From positions 1,056,001 to 1,120,000 of the forward strand of contig CAVPIB010000004.1 in assembly GCA_963704885.1 (NCBI GenBank): a DNA stretch of 64,000 bases. Direction: 5' to 3'. Below the pieces are notes generated by a model. The model saw nothing but the letters and a program-made list of their open reading frames with translations, searched no databases and was not told the DNA's origin. This stretch comes from an uncultured Actinomycetes bacterium. Lineage in GTDB: Bacteria > Actinomycetota > UBA4738 > HRBIN12. The position numbers and the translations under genes were made by a program. The stretch's first letter is position 1. Every line of letters begins with the position of its first letter. Below are positions 9,041 to 21,570 of this stretch, piece by piece.

Positions 9041-11680
9041 CTACGCCCTCGCGCCTTCACCGGCCTCGGCGCGCGCCGAGGCCAGCCGCGGCACCGCCGC
9101 GCGGGCTGCAGGGGAATCGGTCATCGGCAACCGTGTCCTACGCACCCTGTCGAACGCATACAGCGCTCCGGCGACGGCACCGGCCGTCGGAACCAGGGCT
9201 ATCTCGCCGACGCCCTTAGCACCGTAGGGCCCCTCCGGCTGGTGCTCCTCTACGAAGATGCACTCGAGCGGCGGCATCCCCATCGGAGGGATGATGTTGA
9301 GCGACTTCAGCGTCTGCGTCATCGGGATGCCATCCGCCATCACGAGCTCCTCCGACAGCGAGTGTCCGAGACCCATGTGGAGTCCGCCCTCCACCTGTCC
9401 TTCCAGGAGCGTTGGATTGATGACCTTGCCGACGTCGTGTGCGGCGACGATCTTCTCGATAGCGCCGTCGTCGTCAAGGATCACCACCTGGGTCGCCCAG
9501 CCGTAGGCGAAATGCGTTGCGGACCCCTCGGGCCCTTCGCCGGGCTTGTGCGTCCAGTCGATCAACACCTCGCCATAGAACTCTTGTCCCGCAAGGTCTT
9601 CTAGGCGTCCACCGTTCATCGCGGCCTTGAGCTTGGCCGCCGCCTCGATGACTGCTCGCCCGCCCAGCACGGTCGCGCGTGAGGCTGTCGTCTGCCCCGT
9701 GCCGAGCTCCCGCATCGTGTCGACGACGACCACCACGCGGTCCGGTGTAAGACCGAGCTCCTCGCACGCGATCTGCATCAGAGCCGTGTTCGAGCCCTGG
9801 CCCATCTCGGTCCATGAGTGGAACAGGGTCACGCCGCCGTCAGATCCCGGTCGCAGGATCGCCTTCCCGTACTCCGGGAGGCCGTTGCCGATGCCCGTGT
9901 TCTTCACGCCGCACGCAACGCCAGCGTGTTTCGCGCCTCGATAGGCATCTTTGACCGCGAGCAGCGTTCTCTTGAGACCCACGCCGGGGCCCAGAACCTG
10001 ACCGGTCGAGAACGTATCGCCGACCTCCAGCGCGTTGCGCCAGCGGATCTCCCAGCCGTCGATCCCCACCTTCTCGGCCAAGATGTCCATCATGCCCTCG
10101 ATGGCGAAGTTCGACTGGTTGGCACCGAAGCCGCGCATCGCCCCGCACGGTGGGTTGTTCGTGAAGACCGCGCGAGCCTCGATATCCACGTTCGGCACCC
10201 GGTACGCGCTGCAGGCGTGACCCGCAGCTCGTTCGAGGACCTTGTCGCCCACGCTCGCGTACGCGCCGGTATCTCCCACCATCCGGCTCCGGACCGCCAC
10301 CAGCCGGCCCTCTTCGTCGCAGCCGACCGTGTACTCCATGGTGATGGGGTGTCGCTTCGGGTGGAAGCGGATGCTTTCGGCCCTGGAGAGCGTGAGGAGA
10401 ACGGGCCGTCCCGTCATGCGCGCCAGCAAGCATGCATGCGTCTGGACGTTCAGGTCCTCCTTGGCACCGAAAGCGCCGCCGTTGGAGACCTGGGTCACGC
10501 GCACCTGATCGTTGGGCACCCCGAGGAAGGACGCGATCTGGTCTCGGTCTTCCCAGACACCCTGCCCCTGGGAGAAGCAGTGGATGCCTTCGTCGGTCGG
10601 CATAGCGAAGGCCGACTCGGGCTCCAGGAAGGCATGTTCGATGAACTGCGTCCGGAAGGTCTCGGTGGCAACGTGCGCGGCCGTCGCCAGCGCACCGTCC
10701 ACGTCGCCCCGCTTGACCTCGGAGATCGAGAAGAGATTGCCGTTCTCGTGGATCTCCGGAGCACCGTCGGCGATCGCGTCGAATGGATCGGTGACGGGCT
10801 CGAGGACCTCGTACTCGACATCGATCAGAGCCGCAGCCTCTCGCGCGGCCACGCGGTCTTCCGCCGCTACGACGGCCATGACGTCGCCGACGTAGCTCGT
10901 GATCTCGCCCTCCGCGACGAACTGTCGCCAGTCCTTGACGATCAACCCCTGCCTTCGCTCCCCCGGCACGTCCTTCCACGTGGCGACGGCCGCGACGCCG
11001 GGGTATGCCTCAGCCCTCGACGTGTCGATCTTCGTGATGAGCGCGCGCGGATGCTCGGACCAGGCAACGGCCCCGTGCAGCATGCGGGGCGCCTTCATGT
11101 CGTTGATGTAGGCCTTGTCGCCGAGCGCGAGGTCGTGCCCCTGGTACCTGGCCGTCCTAGACCCGACGCGGCCGCTACGGTCGATCTCGGGCATCGGCTC
11201 GCCACGCCTGGCCCCGGCCACCAACCGGATGGCGTCGATGATCTTGACGTAGCCGGTGCACCGGCAGAGGTTCCCGGCGAGCGCCTTGGCCACATCCTCA
11301 CGAGACGGGTTCGGGCTCTTCGCCAGTAGCGATTCGGACTTCATCACGATGCCGGGCGAGCAGAACCCGCACTGGGACGCTCCGGCCGCGACGAAGCAGT
11401 CCGCCCACTGGTGCCGCCGATCGGGTGTGAGTCCCTCCTGGGTCGTGATGCTCTTCCCGATGAACCTGGCGGCAGGCTGCGCGCACGATACGACGGCCTT
11501 CGCGTCGACCAACACGGTGCAGGCGCCGCACGATCCTTCCGGCGCGCATCCGTCCTTGACCGACGTGACACCGCAGCCCACGCGCAGGAGGTCGAGGAGG
11601 CTGGCGCCCCCGCCGACCTCGACGGACATCGGCTCACCGTTGAGTATGAATTCCACCCTGAGCCTCCGGTCCCGAGCCAT
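9041..11680 (-). CDS. Selenium-dependent-type xanthine dehydrogenase (fused 2Fe-2S + Mo-binding)
   Basis: N-terminal SVKDGCAPEGSCGAC, QCGFC, CRCTGY followed by NGGAFGAKED, RFHPKRH, AMRGFG, TTASR, GAKGVGEI; architecture and context of the Se-dependent Mo hydroxylases. Confidence 0.8.
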   Translation of the reverse strand: MARDRRLRVEFILNGEPMSVEVGGGASLLDLLRVGCGVTSVKDGCAPEGSCGACTVLVDAKAVVSCAQPAARFIGKSITTQEGLTPDRRHQWADCFVAAGASQCGFCSPGIVMKSESLLAKSPNPSREDVAKALAGNLCRCTGYVKIIDAIRLVAGARRGEPMPEIDRSGRVGSRTARYQGHDLALGDKAYINDMKAPRMLHGAVAWSEHPRALITKIDTSRAEAYPGVAAVATWKDVPGERRQGLIVKDWRQFVAEGEITSYVGDVMAVVAAEDRVAAREAAALIDVEYEVLEPVTDPFDAIADGAPEIHENGNLFSISEVKRGDVDGALATAAHVATETFRTQFIEHAFLEPESAFAMPTDEGIHCFSQGQGVWEDRDQIASFLGVPNDQVRVTQVSNGGAFGAKEDLNVQTHACLLARMTGRPVLLTLSRAESIRFHPKRHPITMEYTVGCDEEGRLVAVRSRMVGDTGAYASVGDKVLERAAGHACSAYRVPNVDIEARAVFTNNPPCGAMRGFGANQSNFAIEGMMDILAEKVGIDGWEIRWRNALEVGDTFSTGQVLGPGVGLKRTLLAVKDAYRGAKHAGVACGVKNTGIGNGLPEYGKAILRPGSDGGVTLFHSWTEMGQGSNTALMQIACEELGLTPDRVVVVVDTMRELGTGQTTASRATVLGGRAVIEAAAKLKAAMNGGRLEDLAGQEFYGEVLIDWTHKPGEGPEGSATHFAYGWATQVVILDDDGAIEKIVAAHDVGKVINPTLLEGQVEGGLHMGLGHSLSEELVMADGIPMTQTLKSLNIIPPMGMPPLECIFVEEHQPEGPYGAKGVGEIALVPTAGAVAGALYAFDRVRRTRLPMTDSPAARAAVPRLASARAEAGEGARA

Positions 11681-11703
11681 GCTGGCCCGCGTTCAACGAG
11701 TCG

Positions 11704-12848
11704 TCAATCCGTGCCCACGATCTGGCGATAGGCCTGTGGGTCGGTTGCCCCTTCCGTAGAGACCACCAGCACGGTGCTGCCACCGTCGACGCCCAGCGAG
11801 CGCCGCGCGTCCTCAGCGGAGGGGCCGGTCAGGACTTCGAGCAGCCCGCCCAACCCCGAGGCGCCGGACTCCCCGGAAACGATGCCCTCCTTCGCGAGCA
11901 GTCGCATCGCCTCGCGCGCACGTTCGTCCTCGATCGCGACGAACACATCGATACCACGGGAGAGCACGGGCCAAGCGATCAGCGACGGCGTCCCGCAGTT
12001 GAGGCCAACCATGATCGAGCGGTGAGGACCCGGAACGCTCACGACCGTTCCCGCGCGAGCGGACTCGAGCGCACAGTCGGCGTCGAGGGGCTCGACGCCG
12101 ACGATCGCCGTGTGTCCGACAGCGTCGGGGCTCCGCAGATGCTGCACCACCGCACACGCGAAGGCCCCAACGCCGATCTGGGCGGCCGCGAGGTCGATCC
12201 GGTCGCCTGTCGCATCGAGCGCTCCCTGCACCTCGCGCATCACCGTTCCGTATCCCTCGATGATCCACCGCGGAACGCGGTCGTAGCCGGGCCAGGAGGT
12301 GTCGGAGATCACGAGGCAGTCATCAGACGCCTCGGCCGCCGATCGACGGATCGTCTCGTCGTAGTCGCCGTCCACCACGGTCACGCGGGCGCCCTCCGAC
12401 GCGATCGCAGCGATGCGCGCGTCCGACGTCCCTTCAGGCACGAGGATGTCAGCGCCCAGGCCCAGGAGCGCCGCCATCCGCGCGACCGCTCGGCCGTGGT
12501 TCCCGTCGGTCGCCGCCGCGAGCGAAAGGGGCTTGATCGGTGCCAACAGCTCGCCGAGTTGATCGAACGTCTCCCAAGCGGGGAGCGGATCGCCCAGCTT
12601 CTCCAGGACCGCTCGATAGACGGCCCAGGACGCGCCGAGGATCTTGAACGAGGGCAGGCCGAACCGGCTGGACTCGTCCTTCACGAGGACGCGGGCGACC
12701 CCAAGAGCTGCGGCGATACCAGGCGCGCTCAGCAATGGCGACGGCTCGTACCCAGGCAAGCGCTCGTGGAACCGCAGAGGCTCCGGCGTTGGTGGCTCAT
12801 CCAGGCGGAACCGCCGCGCCTCTTCTAGGTTGTCGAACCGCTCGCTCC

Positions 12849-12852
<4 letters not shown>
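11704..12852 (-). CDS. dpaL: Diaminopropionate ammonia-lyase (YgeX/DpaL)
   Basis: [16 protein letters not shown] (PLP Lys), [39 protein letters not shown]. Confidence 0.9.
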
Positions 12853-14341
<1,489 letters not shown>

Positions 14342-14345
<4 letters not shown>

Positions 14346-15340
14346 ACTCGAAACCCGCCCATGGTGAGAGCCATGAGGGCCTTCCCCGTGTGTAGGCGGT
14401 TCTCGGCTTCCTGGAAGACGACCGAGTGCGGCCCGTCGATCACCTCGTCGGTGACCTCCGAGCCTCGGTCGGCCGGCAGGCAATGCATGTAGAGGGAGTC
14501 CTCTCGCGCGAGCGACATCCGGCGAGCGTCGCAGATCCAGTCCTGATACTTCGAGCCGTCGGCAAGTGCTTCCTGCTCGTTGCCGAACAGATCCAGCCGG
14601 CCCCAAGACTTCGGATAGACCACGTCGGCGCCTTCGAATGCTGCGTCCATGTCGTCTACGAAAGTGATCGAGCCTCCACCCTGCGCGGCGGCGTCTTCGG
14701 CTCGCTTCTGCAGCTCGGGCATGAAGCCGTAGCCCGGCGGATGGGCTACTACAACCTCTGCGCCGAATCGCGGAAGGAGAGCCACCAGGCCCTGCGGCAC
14801 CGAGATCGGCTTCGCGTAGGACGGCGCGTGCGCCCAGCTGACGGCAACACGTAGCCCCCGGATGTCGTTGCCGCGAAGCTCTCTGATGGTCATGAGATCC
14901 GCGAGCGTCTGCGTCGGGTGGTCCACGTCGCACTGGAGGTTGATCACGGGCACCTCCGCCCACTCGGCGACCGCGCGCATATACGCATTGCCCTCATACG
15001 GAACGAGGTCATGACGGATCGCGATGCCGTGCCCGTAGCTCGAGAGGATGATGCCGAAGTCCTTCGGGCTCTCGCCGTGCGCCACCTGCGTCTTCTCGGC
15101 GTCGAGATAGTGGGCGTGTCCCCCCAACTGGGTCATCCCTGCCTCGAAAGCGTTGCGGGTCCTCGTCGACTTGTCGAGGAACAACATGAACAGCGTCTTG
15201 TCGGGAAGCAGGCGGTGCGCCTCGCCCCGCTTGAACTTGTCCTTCAGCTCCCCGGCGACGTCGAGAGCCTCGTCGATCGCCTCGACTGACCAATCGAGCG
15301 TCTCGATGTAGTCGTGTCCGGCCAGCGTCTCGCGATCCAC
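14342..15340 (-). CDS. ygeW: YgeW-type carbamoyltransferase
   Basis: STRT and HCLP transcarbamylase motifs plus YgeW-like [27 protein letters not shown] and VYPKSW; GTG at 15340 preceded by GAGGAGG. Confidence 0.8.
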
Positions 15341-15374
15341 CCCTGGTCCTCCTCTCGCCTCGGAAAGTCTGGGC

Positions 15375-16595
15375 TCAGCTCGACCCCGCACCCGACGCCG
15401 CAAGGTACCGCTCGGGGAAGGCCGCGTACCACGCTGCGGCCGTGGCGAGATGTTCGACCGGACACTGGTCGTCGACGCTGTGCGCGTAGATCTCGTTCGC
15501 GGGCCCGAACCCGATCGTCGGGATCCCGAGCTCCCCGGCGCTCGAGACGCCGTTCGTCGAGAAGATCCAACGGCTGACCTTCGGGGTCCGGCCGAGGGCG
15601 TGCTCGCCGGCCTCGACCCCTGCCTTCACGGAAGGATGAGCTTCATCCGTCACCCAGGTCGGGAAGTACTTGGGCGTCTTGAGCGTGAGCCCGGTGTAGG
15701 CCTTGCCCTCGTACTGCACGAGCTCGATCTGCGCGTCCCCGTCCTGGACGGCCGGCAGCGACTCCAGCTCGGCCTGGGACGACTCCACCGACTCGCCGAT
15801 CGTCAGGCGCCTGTCGAGGAAGATCGTGCATCCGTCCGGCACGGCGTTCAGCGAGGGCGTCTGGCACTCCACCTTCGAGACGACGACGGTCCCTTTGCCC
15901 AGGAACGGATCGGGGGCGAGTCGCTCGTTCAGTTGCTCGATCTGCTGGGCGATCGGAGCCATCATGTAGATGGCGTTGACCCCGCGCTCGGGAGCCGAGG
16001 CGTGGGCCGCCTTGCCGCGCGTGTGGATAGCGAACTCCGCGCGCCCACGGTGCCCCCGGTATACCTGCAGGTTCGTCGCCTCACCGAGCACGACCACCTC
16101 GGCTTTGGGGATCACGTTCGTCAGGAGGTATCCGAGCGCCAACCCGTCGCAGTCCTCCTCTTGGACGGTACCCACTACCCATAATGTGAACCTCGACGTG
16201 TCGATGCCGAGGCGTCGGATGAGCGACGCGCCGTAGACCATCGAGGCGATCGCCGCCTTGTTGTCCGAAGCGCCGCGGCCGTACAGGACGCCACCTTCGA
16301 TCCTGGCTTTGAACGGATCGGACTTCCACAGGCTTAGGTCGCCGGTGTCGACCACGTCGATGTGGGAGTCGTAGACGATGTGGACGGGGCCGTCACCGAT
16401 GCGACCGATCACGCTGCCGAACCCATCGACGATGACCTCGTCGAAACCCATCCGCGTCATCTCGTTGCCGATGCGCTGCACGACCGAGTTCTCGTCCCTC
16501 GACAGGCTCGGCAAGGAGACCAAGTCGGCCAGGAAGGACGTCACCGCCTCGGAATCCCGATCGGCTTCCTTCTGGTAGCGCTCGTCGAGCTTCAT
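15375..16595 (-). CDS. ygeY: YgeY-family M20 hydrolase
   Basis: DSHIDVV, GRGASD, GTVQEEDCDG, YRGHRGR, FLGKG, FSTNGVS, GFGP. Confidence 0.85.
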   Translation of the reverse strand: MKLDERYQKEADRDSEAVTSFLADLVSLPSLSRDENSVVQRIGNEMTRMGFDEVIVDGFGSVIGRIGDGPVHIVYDSHIDVVDTGDLSLWKSDPFKARIEGGVLYGRGASDNKAAIASMVYGASLIRRLGIDTSRFTLWVVGTVQEEDCDGLALGYLLTNVIPKAEVVVLGEATNLQVYRGHRGRAEFAIHTRGKAAHASAPERGVNAIYMMAPIAQQIEQLNERLAPDPFLGKGTVVVSKVECQTPSLNAVPDGCTIFLDRRLTIGESVESSQAELESLPAVQDGDAQIELVQYEGKAYTGLTLKTPKYFPTWVTDEAHPSVKAGVEAGEHALGRTPKVSRWIFSTNGVSSAGELGIPTIGFGPANEIYAHSVDDQCPVEHLATAAAWYAAFPERYLAASGAGSS

Positions 16596-16696
16596 CCGTC
16601 AACCCTCCGGCCCCAGGCCGTCCCCCGGCGGGTAGCCATCCGCGATAGCCGTCGACATCCCGCCGACAAGCCTTCACCGGCAGTAAACCACAGGCG

Positions 16697-16729
16697 GCTG
16701 GACGGGCTGCCGTAGGCAGCCCGTCCAGC
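16697..16729 (-). terminator. Perfect 15-bp GC-rich hairpin between the SBP gene and ygeY (terminator or mRNA-stabilising stem)
   Basis: GCTGGACGGGCTGCC-gta-GGCAGCCCGTCCAGC; no long U tract. Confidence 0.6.
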
Positions 16730-16773
16730 TACTCCACCCGACCTCAGGCCGGCTCAGTCACCCGCGGCGATCC

Positions 16774-17932
16774 TTACGCGCCGCCCTCCTCGAGCGTGAC
16801 CTCCGTCGGCGCATAGCTATCGCCGGACGTGTCAACGCCCAGATCGGCCAAGGCCGCGAGCGCCTCGTTCACGATGTCGTTCGTCCACGCCCCATCGGTC
16901 GGCTCCGCGGTAAGCACCGTGGCTCCCTCCAGGTTCGGAGTATCCATCGCGATCTGGACCGTGCGGTCCCACGCGGCCTCGTCGATCACGCCGATCCCGT
17001 TCGAGGACGGCCAGATCAGCTGGTTGATCTCGTTCATCTGCCACAGCTGGTGGCTGTTGCCGAGCTTCGAGCCCTTCGCCACGACGATGTCGCGGCACTC
17101 CTCGACGTTGTCCCGGCAGTAAGCCCATCCCTGCAGCGACGCGGTCACGAACCGTACCGCCATGTCGCGGTATGCGGCGTCGGACTCGAGCTTGTCGGCG
17201 TTCGCCCAGATCGCATCCTGCAGCATGCCGACGCCCTCGCCCTCGTAAGACACGACGTTCAGCTCGTCCGGCGTGTACAGCTCACCCGTGTCCGGGTTCA
17301 CGGCCTCCAGCACCTGCGCGTACTCGTTGTAGATCATGGCCTCGGCGGCGTCGATGTCGCCCGACAGCAGCCCAAGCATGTCGAACTGCTGCTGCACCAA
17401 CGAGACGTCGTTAGCGGGGTCGAGGCTCTTCCTTGGCCAGGGCGGCGAAGATCTCGTACTCGTTGCCGAAACCCCAGTTGCCGATCGTCTTTCCGGCGAA
17501 GTCGGCGGCCGACGTGATCCCGGCGTCCTTGAACGAGACCTGCAGCGTGCCGGAACGCTGGAACACCTGCGCGATGTTCACGATGTTCGCCCCGGCCTCG
17601 CGGCTCGCGAGGGCCTTCGGGACCCACGCCATCGCGAAGTCCACGGCGCCATCGGCGAGCTGCTGCTGGGGCACGATGTCGACGCCGCCCTCGACGATCG
17701 TCACGTCCAGGCACTGGTCGGCGTAGAAGCCCTTGTCCTGCGCCGCGAAGAACCCTGCGAACTGAGCCTGGATGAACCACTGCAGCTGGAGCTTGACCGA
17801 GTCGGTCGTCGTGCACTCCTCTTCGCCGCCGCCGCCGCCCCCGCCTCCTCCGTCGTCGTTGCTACATGCTGCGCCCACGAGCGCGAGCGCCACCACCCCT
17901 GCGGCGATGAGACGGAATCGATGACCCCTCAT
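16774..17932 (-). CDS. ABC substrate-binding lipoprotein, NMT1/THI5 family; frameshift near 17427
   Basis: Lipobox GAAC, Gly linker, LQLQWFIQAQFAG; removing one base at ~17427 joins AKE to GLDPANDVSLVQQQF. Confidence 0.88.
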
Positions 17933-18000
17933 GTGTTGCCTCCTCCCCCCGGGGCGACAGCCCCGCTCGAACTTCTCTCAAGACGATCGGCCATCATGCC

Positions 18001-18813
18001 CTATCGAGACGTCGGCCGCCGACCCGGCGTGGCGACGCGCTCCAACCCCACCGCGATCAGGTAGAACGTGAGCCCCAGGAGGCAGGCCCCCATCACGTAG
18101 GCCCAGGCCGATGCGTTCTTCGAGATCGCGATGCTCGCGACTATCCGGCTCCCCAGGCCGTTCTGGCTGCCGCCGAAGTACTCCGAGACGAACGCCGTGA
18201 TAACGGCGGCCGGCGCCGCGATCCTGAGCGCCGTGAACAGGTACGGCACCGCGTTCGGCACCCGGACCTTCCGCAGGATCGCGACCTCGCTGGCCGCGTA
18301 GGAGCGCATCAACTCGAGCTGCGTCGGACCGACCTCCCTTAGACCTCTGGCCACATTCACCAATACGATGAAATAGACGACGAGGCTCACCATCAGCCGC
18401 CGAGGCACCTCGCTGGTGATCGAGAACATGTTATTGAACACCGACACCAGGACGAAGATCGGTACCGCGTTGAGTCCGATCGCGAGCGGCGTGACCAGGT
18501 CGTTCAACAGGCGGAACCGCACCAGCAGGAAGCTCATCGTGATGCCGAGCCCGGTTCCCACCAGCAACCCGATCAGGGCGTTCAGCCCGGAGACCTTCGT
18601 CGCGTTCCATATCAGGGTCGTGTTCTCGTTGAACTGCTGCCAGATCGAAGTCGGTGCCGGCAGGAAGTAGGGCTTGAAGTCGAACACCTTCACGGCGAGC
18701 TCCCAGAGCACGAGGAACCCGAGACCGAACACGACCGGCGGCCACAGGGACTGGAACAGCGACCCGGTCGAGCGGGTCCGCCGGGCCTGGCTGGACGCCA
18801 GCGCGGAGCTCAC
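18001..18813 (-). CDS. ABC permease (SsuC/TauC/ThiX type)
   Basis: Multiple TM segments; ELMRSYAAS...KVRVPNAVPYLF, SEYFGG. Confidence 0.9.
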   Translation of the reverse strand: MSSALASSQARRTRSTGSLFQSLWPPVVFGLGFLVLWELAVKVFDFKPYFLPAPTSIWQQFNENTTLIWNATKVSGLNALIGLLVGTGLGITMSFLLVRFRLLNDLVTPLAIGLNAVPIFVLVSVFNNMFSITSEVPRRLMVSLVVYFIVLVNVARGLREVGPTQLELMRSYAASEVAILRKVRVPNAVPYLFTALRIAAPAAVITAFVSEYFGGSQNGLGSRIVASIAISKNASAWAYVMGACLLGLTFYLIAVGLERVATPGRRPTSR

Positions 18814-19649
18814 GGTTCCAGCACCGCCTCGTCCAGGTCGGTCACCTGCATCCCGCGGAGTGCCTCGCGCACCTCCGTGACCTTCCGGAAGAAGGCAGCG
18901 TCCTCGCGCGTGTCGACGTCGCGCCGAGCACCCAGGTCAACGTCGATCATGGTCTTGATCCGGCCCGGCCGCGGAGACATCACGACCACTCGGGTCGACA
19001 GGTAGACAGCCTCTGGGATCGAGTGGGTCACGAACACGACCGTGGTCTCGGTCTCGCCGCAGATCCGAAGGAGCTCGGTCTGCATGTGCTCGCGGGTCAT
19101 CTCGTCCAGGGCGCCGAACGGCTCGTCCATCAGCAGCAGCGGCGGGTGCGCGGCCAGCGCGCGGGCGATCGCCACGCGCTGTTGCATGCCACCCGAGAGC
19201 TGCCACGGAAGATGATCCGCGAACTCCGGTAGCTTCACGAGCTCCAACATCTCCATCGCGCGCTTGCGCCGTTCCTCCTTGCCACGGCCCTTCAGCTCCA
19301 GCGGCAGCTCCACGTTCTTCGCAACCGTGCGCCATTCGAACAGGCCGGCATGCTGGAACGCCATGCCGTAGTCCTGGTCCAACCGCGCCTGCCGCGCAGG
19401 CTTTCCGTTCACCAGGACCTCGCCGGAGGTGGGCTCCAGCAGGTTCGCGATCAACCGGAGCTGTGTGGACTTCCCGCATCCCGACGGCCCGATCAGCGAG
19501 ACGAACTCCCCAGGCGAGATCGTCAGGTCTATGTCCACCAGCGCGTCGACCGCATTGGGCAGCCCGGCGTTGAACGTCTTCGTCAGGTCCCTGACCTCGA
19601 CGGCAGCCGCGGCCGGCGCATCGGAGATCACGCTCTTGGGATCGCTCAT
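18810..19649 (-). CDS. ABC ATP-binding protein
   Basis: GPSGCGKST, LSGGMQQR, LLMDEPF, VTH; ATG at 19649 overlaps the upstream stop. Confidence 0.95.
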   Translation of the reverse strand: MSDPKSVISDAPAAAAVEVRDLTKTFNAGLPNAVDALVDIDLTISPGEFVSLIGPSGCGKSTQLRLIANLLEPTSGEVLVNGKPARQARLDQDYGMAFQHAGLFEWRTVAKNVELPLELKGRGKEERRKRAMEMLELVKLPEFADHLPWQLSGGMQQRVAIARALAAHPPLLLMDEPFGALDEMTREHMQTELLRICGETETTVVFVTHSIPEAVYLSTRVVVMSPRPGRIKTMIDVDLGARRDVDTREDAAFFRKVTEVREALRGMQVTDLDEAVLEP

Positions 19650-20551
19650 CCCGCGGCCTCCTTCGGCGGACGGTTCCGCATCGTGGCCAGGTCGATGACG
19701 GCGACCAGCCCTGCCATCACAAGCCCGATCGCCGCGGCCCCGAACACCGCCGTGAAGACCTTCGCGGGATCGCTCGTCGCCTCTCGCGCGTACTCGATGA
19801 TCAGCCTCCCCACTCCCCCGGCCAGCCCGGTCGAGATCTCGGCCACGACCACCCCGATCACCGAGGCCGTTGCCGCCAGCTTCAGAGCCGGGATCATGAA
19901 CGGAACCGCCGCTGGGAACCGCAGCTTGAAGAGCGTCTGGCGCCAAGACGCCGCGTAGGAGTCCATCAGCTCCAGCGATGTCGGCTGCGGCGCCGAGGTC
20001 AGGCCCTTCAACGTCCCGACGGCGACCGGGAAGAACGCCAGGAACGCGCCCAGCACGGCCGCCGAGAGCCATCGCGGCCACTCGAACCCACCGATGTGGA
20101 GCTTGCCTCCCCAGCTCACGACGAGCGGCGCCAGCGCGATCAGCGGCACCGTCTGGCTGATCACCAGGTACGGCAGCAGGCCGCGCTCCACGACCTTGTA
20201 CCGCGCCATCAGCACGGCCAGGCCGATGCCGATCAACGTCCCGAAGACGAAGCCCGTCATCGCCAAACGGAACGAGAACCACGCGCCCGACAGGACCACC
20301 AGGAAGATCGAGCTGGACGCGCCTCGCCGCTCGGGCCGGGCATAACGCGAGAGCATCTCCCACACGTGCGGCATCGCGGTGTCGTTCGCCCGCGGCAGGA
20401 TCTTCATGCCGAAGACCTGCCCGCCGTCCTGCGGACCCACCAGCTTGTAGAGCTCCCACAGGACCGCGACAGATACGAGCGCCAGCATGAACATCCAGGC
20501 GCGCCGTATCCGCGGTCGCGACAGCGCTCCCCCCAACCCCGCGGTCGTCAC
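19646..20551 (-). CDS. ABC permease (SsuC/TauC/ThiX type)
   Basis: TM helices; SQTVPLIALAP, KLRFPAAVP, VVAEIS. Confidence 0.9.
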   Translation of the reverse strand: MTTAGLGGALSRPRIRRAWMFMLALVSVAVLWELYKLVGPQDGGQVFGMKILPRANDTAMPHVWEMLSRYARPERRGASSSIFLVVLSGAWFSFRLAMTGFVFGTLIGIGLAVLMARYKVVERGLLPYLVISQTVPLIALAPLVVSWGGKLHIGGFEWPRWLSAAVLGAFLAFFPVAVGTLKGLTSAPQPTSLELMDSYAASWRQTLFKLRFPAAVPFMIPALKLAATASVIGVVVAEISTGLAGGVGRLIIEYAREATSDPAKVFTAVFGAAAIGLVMAGLVAVIDLATMRNRPPKEAAG

Positions 20552-21570
20552 GACTTCGCGAGCGCGCTTTCTGCGATGGCGGGGAGCACCTTCTCGCCGT
20601 AGGCCTGCAGGGTCCCGTCTTTGTCGTCGTGTTGCAGGTAGACGGCGAACTGGTCCACGCCCAAGCTCCTGAGCTCCTCAAGCCGGCGCACGTGCTCCTC
20701 GACCGGTCCGAGGATGCAGAATCGGTCGACGATCTCGTCGGGCACGAACTGCGTGTGGACGTTGCCCGCCTGGCCGTGTTGGTTGTAGTCGTATCCCTCG
20801 CGACCCTTGATGTAGTCGGTCAGCGCGGCCGGAACCTCCGACGACTCGCCGTAGCGCGCGACGATGTCGGCGACGTGATTGCCCACCATGCCGCCGAACC
20901 ACCGCGTCTGGTCGCGCGCGTGGCCGAGGTCGTCGGTCACGTAGGCGGGCGCCGCGACGCAGATCGTGATCTCCGACGGATCCCGCCCGGCTTCCTCGGC
21001 CGCCTTCCGCACCGCTCCGATCGTCCACGCCGCGATGTCGGGATCGGCCAGCTGCAGGATGAACCCGTCGCCTACCTCACCGATCAGCTTCAACGCCTTC
21101 GGGCCGTAGCCCGCGATCCACGCCTCCATCCGGCTCTTCCCCGCCCACGGGAACCGGAGCATCGAGTCCCGGTACTTCACCTCGCGGCCGTTCGCCAACT
21201 CGCGGATGACGTGGACGGCGTCGCCCAACCCGGCGAGCGTCGAGGGTTTTCCGTCGATCACCCGTACCGCCGAGTCGCCGCGTCCGATCCCCATCACGGT
21301 CCTGTTGCCGAACATCTCGTTCATGGTGGCGAAGAGGCTGGCGGTGACGGTCCAGTCTCGCGTGAGCGGATTCGTGACCATGGTGCCAACGGTGACGTTG
21401 CGTGTCTCGGCGAGGATCTGCGTGAAGATCGGGAAAGGCTCCTGCCAAAGCAGGTGACTGTCGAACGCCCAGACGTTACTGAAGCCGTACGTCTCCGCCC
21501 TCTTCGCCAGGTCCACCACCCGCGCGCTCGGCGGGGTGGTCTGCAGGACGACTCCGATGTCCATCGTCAT
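20548..21570 (-). CDS. LLM-class F420-dependent oxidoreductase, TIGR03842-like
   Basis: DSHLLWQEP, MVTNP, GIGRGDSA, ILQLADP, WFGGMVGNHV, YLQHD; this family typically lies beside hydA and a nitrilase-family gene. Start may be 21564. Confidence 0.85.
   Translation of the reverse strand: MTMDIGVVLQTTPPSARVVDLAKRAETYGFSNVWAFDSHLLWQEPFPIFTQILAETRNVTVGTMVTNPLTRDWTVTASLFATMNEMFGNRTVMGIGRGDSAVRVIDGKPSTLAGLGDAVHVIRELANGREVKYRDSMLRFPWAGKSRMEAWIAGYGPKALKLIGEVGDGFILQLADPDIAAWTIGAVRKAAEEAGRDPSEITICVAAPAYVTDDLGHARDQTRWFGGMVGNHVADIVARYGESSEVPAALTDYIKGREGYDYNQHGQAGNVHTQFVPDEIVDRFCILGPVEEHVRRLEELRSLGVDQFAVYLQHDDKDGTLQAYGEKVLPAIAESALAKS

Noticed and set aside
17824-17858. GCC/CCG-type microsatellite
   Set aside because: It encodes the poly-Gly linker after the lipobox of the substrate-binding protein.
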